Below are positions 59,085-64,000 of a stretch of DNA of 64,000 nucleotides, in pieces. Both the position numbers and the translations under genes were made by a program. A model generated the notes under the pieces. That model ran no database searches, was not told where the DNA came from, and saw nothing but the letters and a program-made list of their open reading frames with translations. Source of the stretch: Thecamonas trahens ATCC 50062 (taxonomy: Eukaryota; Protista; Apusomonadida); contig NW_013657646.1 of NCBI RefSeq assembly GCF_000142905.1, positions 247,324 to 311,323 on the forward strand, in the 5' to 3' direction. Each line of letters begins with the position of its first letter. The stretch's first letter is position 1.

Positions 59085-62000
59085 ATGCTCGAAGGGGTGC
59101 TCTCCTCCTACCTCTCCACATACCTGGGTACCTACTGCCGCAACCTCACGCCATCGGCCCTCAATGTGGCTCTCCTCTCAGGCACCGTCACTCTGGAGGC
59201 AGTGGAGCTGGAACCGGATGCCTTTGCGGGCATGATACCATCGGTGGCGGTCGAAGCAGGGGCCATCTCTTCTATCAAAGTCACCATTCCCTGGAATGTA
59301 TGGGGCTCGCCCATGCAGGTCGTCGTCGATGGCGTTCATCTTCTCCTGCGCCCGGACAATGGGGACGGTGACGATCAGGCTGCTGCTGCCCGCGCCCGCG
59401 CTCTGGCTTCTCGCCGCTCTCGCCTGGCAGAGTGGGATGCACGGGATGCAGATCGGATGAAGGCTGCTCTCGCTGCAGAGGCCGACAGCGCGTCCGATGT
59501 CAAGGACTCAACGAGCGCCGATGCTGCTGCTGTTGCTGCAGAGGGCGGCTTCTTCTACCGCCTCGTCACAAAGCTGACGTCGTCGGCCCTCTTCACCTTT
59601 ACAAACATTCACGTCCGCTACGAGGACGCCCGCCCCACTGTTGGCCCATCGTTTGCCTTTGGCCTCACCTTTGCCTCGCTTGTCCTTGCAGACGCCTCGC
59701 CCGCAGATATCTTGCGCCTCGCAGAAGACGCGCGCACTCCGCCACAAGACGGCGAGACCTACGTCCACAAGCGCCTTGCTCTGTCAGCCGTCACCGCGTA
59801 CTGGACCGTTCACGGCACACTGCATCACACTCTTCTCTCCAGAGGCCTCGACTCGGGCACGACGCCCCGCGCTGCGTCGGCGGCCGCCCTCATCGCAGGC
59901 TTTGACGCTCTCGGCCTCACGGCTGCTGCCGCCCCGAGCGCCTTTATCCTTCACCCCACAGACGTCGAGACCCTCATCCGGCTTGCAGACTTTGTGCCGC
60001 AGCCGCCGTTTGACGACGCCACCCCCGACTGGCTCCACTTATCCGTCGCCCTCGTCTCAAACATCGCGCTCTCGCTCTCCCCGGCTCAGTTTCGCTCCGC
60101 CGTCGACGCCCTTTCACTCTTTCACGCCCACACCCAGCTCGAGCTCATGCTGCGTGCCCAAGATCTGGCCGCCGGAGCGTCTACTGTCGAGGCCAGCTCC
60201 ACTGCCGACGCCGACGCTGACGCCTACAACGAGCTGATTCGGCGGTGCGGACTCGTTCCCGACCGCGGCGCCCTAGGCGCCGACGATCTCGCCGCCCTCG
60301 ACCACCTCGAAGGCACCCTATCACTTGCCACCCTTCGCCGCATTCGTCGTCGCGCTCACTGGGATGAGCTTTCGGCCGCCGCTGCGGCTTCTGCGGCTTC
60401 TGCGTCGTCAGGCCAACCGACGACTGCTGTCGCGGCTGGAGCCGAGTCCGACGGCTGGCTGTCATGGCTCGGGTGGTCTTCGGGAGCGGCTGCGGATGTT
60501 GCCGAGCCTGCGTCAGCAGCTGCCGACGGCAGCAAGCCGACACCAGAGTCTTCTGCGGAGCCCGAGCTAGAGACCCGCGATGAGCTCTTTGCCATCATCG
60601 ACTTTGACGAGGCCGATACTCGGGCCAACCAAGCACTCACCAACTTTGCCCAGTACGTCTCGGCCTCACTCACTCTACCATCACTGACCTGGAGCCTCGC
60701 GAGTGCAGTACCCGAGAGACCGCCGCTGGTCAAGGGCGTACTCTCGCAGGTCGCCATCAAGTACATGGCTAACCCAAGCTTGGCCGCTGGCCAGTTTCAA
60801 CTCGGCGGCCTCGTCGTCTCGGATACTGCCACCGCTGCGGGCTCGGCGCTCGCCACCAACTACTATCCGGTGGTGGCTCAGGCCGCCAAGCCGGCTCACG
60901 GAACGCCGCTGCTGGCGCTTACCTTTGAGCTCGACCTGGAGGCCTCGCCGCACGCACTCAATGTGGACGCGTCGCTGCAGTCGCTCGACATCTCCATTTC
61001 TGCGCCGTTTCTCGGAGGCCTGGCCTCGTTTGCACATCTGCCGCCGTCTCCTACCGTCGTCGCTCTCCGCGCCGCCTACCGCCACCGTGTCGACGAGCTC
61101 TCGCAAGAGGCACTCGCTGCGCTCACCTCGTCGGCTCGCTCGGTCACACTCGCACTCTCGGCGGCACCGTCGAGCCTTGCCCTCATCGCACATCCAACCG
61201 TTAGGGACGCACCGGCGCTGTTGTGGCGGACCGGCGAGTGGGTGGTCTCGACGCCGTCGGCCGACGCCGCGCCCGACGCGCTCAACGTCTACGCGCTCCT
61301 CATCTCCGACATGGCGGTCGACTACGCCGGCGAGCCTGTCGTCGCCAACACCCTCATCTCGTGCTCGATGCAGCAGATGGAGGACCTTGCTATGTCGTCA
61401 GCCTCGTCGCGGTCGTCGTACCTTGACACTACCGCCACGGTCGACGTCCTCTCCATCGACGCCGCTCTGCCTGTCGTCGCCGGCGTGGCCGCAACGCTGA
61501 AAACGTTTGCTGCCGCCTTGCCTGCGTCGCAGACCTCCGCGACCCCGCATCCAGCCATCGAAGACAATGTTGCACCCGATGCGTCGCTGCTACTTCTCGA
61601 CTCGATCTACCTCGACGCTCCCGACGCCCTTCTCCTCACACCTCCCGACTCGGACACCGACTCGCTCGCTTCGCTGCATGACTCGTCATCCGACGACGAG
61701 TTTTGGGATGCCCAGGTCTCAGCCTCTCTCGCCCGGGCTGTGCCGCACCGCGGCGCGCCCGCCTCTGCCCCAGAGCCCATTGCCATTGTCCGCTCGCGCC
61801 TCCGTCTTCGAGTGGCGGAGACTACGATCGCCGTGTACAGTGAGGCCCGAGCTCGGCTGGCCACCCTCCGGCTCGGCAGCGTTGACATCTCGCACTCGCT
61901 GCAGACCAAGCCACGGCTCGAGCAGCGCGCCCATTTTGCGCTCGGTTCACTGCGGCTGTTTGACCATCTCGCGCTTGATGGCCTCCCGCGGCTCGCGCTG

Positions 62001-64000
62001 TGCTCAGATCTGGAGACGTACCTCTCGTCGGGCAGGCCGACTGCGGCTGATGACTTTGGCGTCGTCCTCGACTCGGCCGAGCCGTTAGTCTCGCTTGACA
62101 CCTGCCTCGCGTCCAAGCGCTACACCGCTACCGCCTCGTTCCACACCCTCCACGTCCGGATCCGCCCTAGCGTTGTCAACGCCTGGCTCGACGCCGCGGC
62201 GCTTGTGCCCGACCTTGGCGGCGCTGCACATGCGACAGACCTGCCAGTACCGACCGAGACTGCAGCTGCGCTGGAAGCAGTCAGCACCACTTTGTGTTTA
62301 CGGTCGACCAGCTCAAAGTTGTGTTCTACCTTCCGGATGACGAGGCGCAGCTCGCGACTCTAGACCTTGCCGCCTTTGAGCTCACCGTCGCCCGCCCGGC
62401 ACCCAAGCGCTACCATCTCGAGCTCACCCTCGCCGACCTCGAGCTGACGGAGAGCATGACGGCTGCCGGGAGTCCACGACAGGTGCTCGCCACTCCGACC
62501 GAATATGTCATGCGGTACACAGTATCGAACGTCGACGCCGTCGCACCAGAGCACTACACTCTGGCTGCGGTCCTCGGCCAGATCGTGCTGTCCTACGACG
62601 GCCTCTTCATTGCCGCCGCCTCAGACTACTTGGCGACTTTTACGGCCCTCCGTACCTTCCTCTCATCGTCGGCCAACCTTGCGCTCGAGTCGACCGTACC
62701 AGGTGAGAGCGGTGATGTAGACGATGCGCCACCCTTGCTCACTGTCGACCTGACCGTCCAAGATCCGGTGCTCCTGCTGGGCGACGAGTCGGGGGACCAA
62801 GGCTCGTCTTTGACCTCGGCGTCACCCATGTCACCAACGTCGGCTCGGTCTACCATGTCGACGTCAAGCGACTCAACGCGACACTTTGCTCCACCACGTC
62901 CGAAACCGACACCTGTTTGCTCGGCCCCTTTGACGTAGCTCTTGTTGTCAACACCTCGCCGATCCAGCCCGAGCCACTCGAGATCGCCGGCTACTCTGTC
63001 CCGCATATCCGGACCGTGGTCACCATCGCCACCACTACCGACGTTGTTCTCGACTCTTCGCTCGATGACCTTGTCACTGTACTCGGCCTTCTCTCTGCTA
63101 GCACACCAAGCTCGTCCCTGACGGCTCCACCGGCACTCGATCTTGCTTCCGGACCAGACGCTTCGCCAAGTCCCGACTCGTCTGCTTGGGTTGTCACGCT
63201 CGACATTGGTCAGGTCAATGTCTCGATTCGCGACGCGGTCTCGCTCTCGCTCACAGGCGTTAGGTACGGCGCGGCATGGCAGCTGCCGTCGAATGGCCCT
63301 GGCCCTGTCTCGGTATCGGGCGGCGCATTTTCCCAACTGGTCTTTGCGGCCTGCGGCAACGCGCCGCCGCTTCTCTCCTCAGCCACTGCCGAGCTGGTCA
63401 CAACCGTGCCGAGCTCGCCGGCAGCACCGGCGCGGCTCAAGATCTCGCTCGGCGACTCGACGATATCGGCGTCACCGGCTGTACTTGCTTCTGTCTCGCG
63501 CACACTCACTCGCCTGTTGAGCGCGCTTCAGCATGGTGTTCAAGATGTCAGCGCTCCAGCGGCCACCGAGGCCGCTCCTGGTCGCGGCATTGAGGCCTCG
63601 GCCTCGTTCGCTTCGCTCGAGGTTGAGCTTGCCGACTCGGCACCGTTTGCCAAACTCTCACTCGCGCACTCGGAGCTCGAGTATGCGTCGCGGTGCGGCG
63701 GAGTACTGAGCGGACACCTGCATGCACTCGCCATTGCCGACGTCTCGCGCCACTCTGGCCTGCACGTCGACGTTCTCAGTCTGCCCGCAGGTGAGGCGCT
63801 CGACTTTACCGTCGCTACGGCGTACGCAGCGTATGTGGCGGAAGCGTCGGACGAGGCACTTGCTTGCGGCTACGCAGTCGAGGACGGCGCAACGCCGCCT
63901 GACGCGCTGCTTTCTGTGTCTATGGCTTCTGCGCGCGCCACCATCCTGTACCGATTTGTCATGCAAATGCTAGCGTTTGCCTACGATGCAACGTCGGCAG
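59085..64000 (+). CDS. VPS13: VPS13-family lipid transfer protein, 5' part (frameshifts at ~62292 and ~62793; continues past window)
   Basis: Chorein-N MLEGVLSSYLSTYLGTY..L...L.VALLSG.V.L..V.L, IPW, NIHVRYED, FAFGLT; GWLSWLGW; RBG-type repeats such as P.LLL...RLVFDLG...VTN. The third frame is open to the window end. Confidence 0.88.

Noticed and set aside
1-64000. Transposons, tRNA/rRNA genes, viral or prokaryotic operon-like segments
   Set aside because: No transposase, RT or integrase motifs, terminal repeats or cloverleafs were recognised by eye; tRNAscan and Rfam were not run.

Overview
GC-rich, gene-dense eukaryotic DNA with about 29 protein-coding genes in 64 kb. Introns are few and spliceosomal (GTACGC or GTATGT donors). 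Introns and intergenic tracts are C/G-homopolymer-rich, and there are several N gaps. The gene set (kinesin-2, alliinase/TAA-like aminotransferase, CYLD-like DUB, selenoprotein machinery) and the style suggest a flagellated heterotrophic protist; an apusomonad such as Thecamonas is my unverified guess. Best finding: a hidden selenoprotein that the ORF track splits at an in-frame UGA. It is a soluble iodothyronine-deiodinase-family protein (1543-2250, FGSWT-U-PPF). It is followed by a type-II SECIS-like hairpin (2339-2392) whose apical bulge is UCAU instead of the canonical AA. A divergent SBP2-like L7Ae protein lies 53 kb away in the same window. Other unusual architectures: a class II AsnRS carrying a class I GlnRS-type N-terminal RNA-binding domain; a CYLD-type DUB with C2H2 fingers and SH3 instead of CAP-Gly; a receptor with reelin-like domains inserted into Myxococcus-type Cys repeats; an RBR ligase with tandem FBXL4-like domains and ankyrins; a PTPS with NLS, UIM and basic tail; a PSI plus bacterial-PH membrane protein. 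There is also a candidate box C/D RNA. Several genes carry single-base homopolymer frameshifts, most likely assembly errors. All family assignments come from motif recognition by eye; no searches were run.
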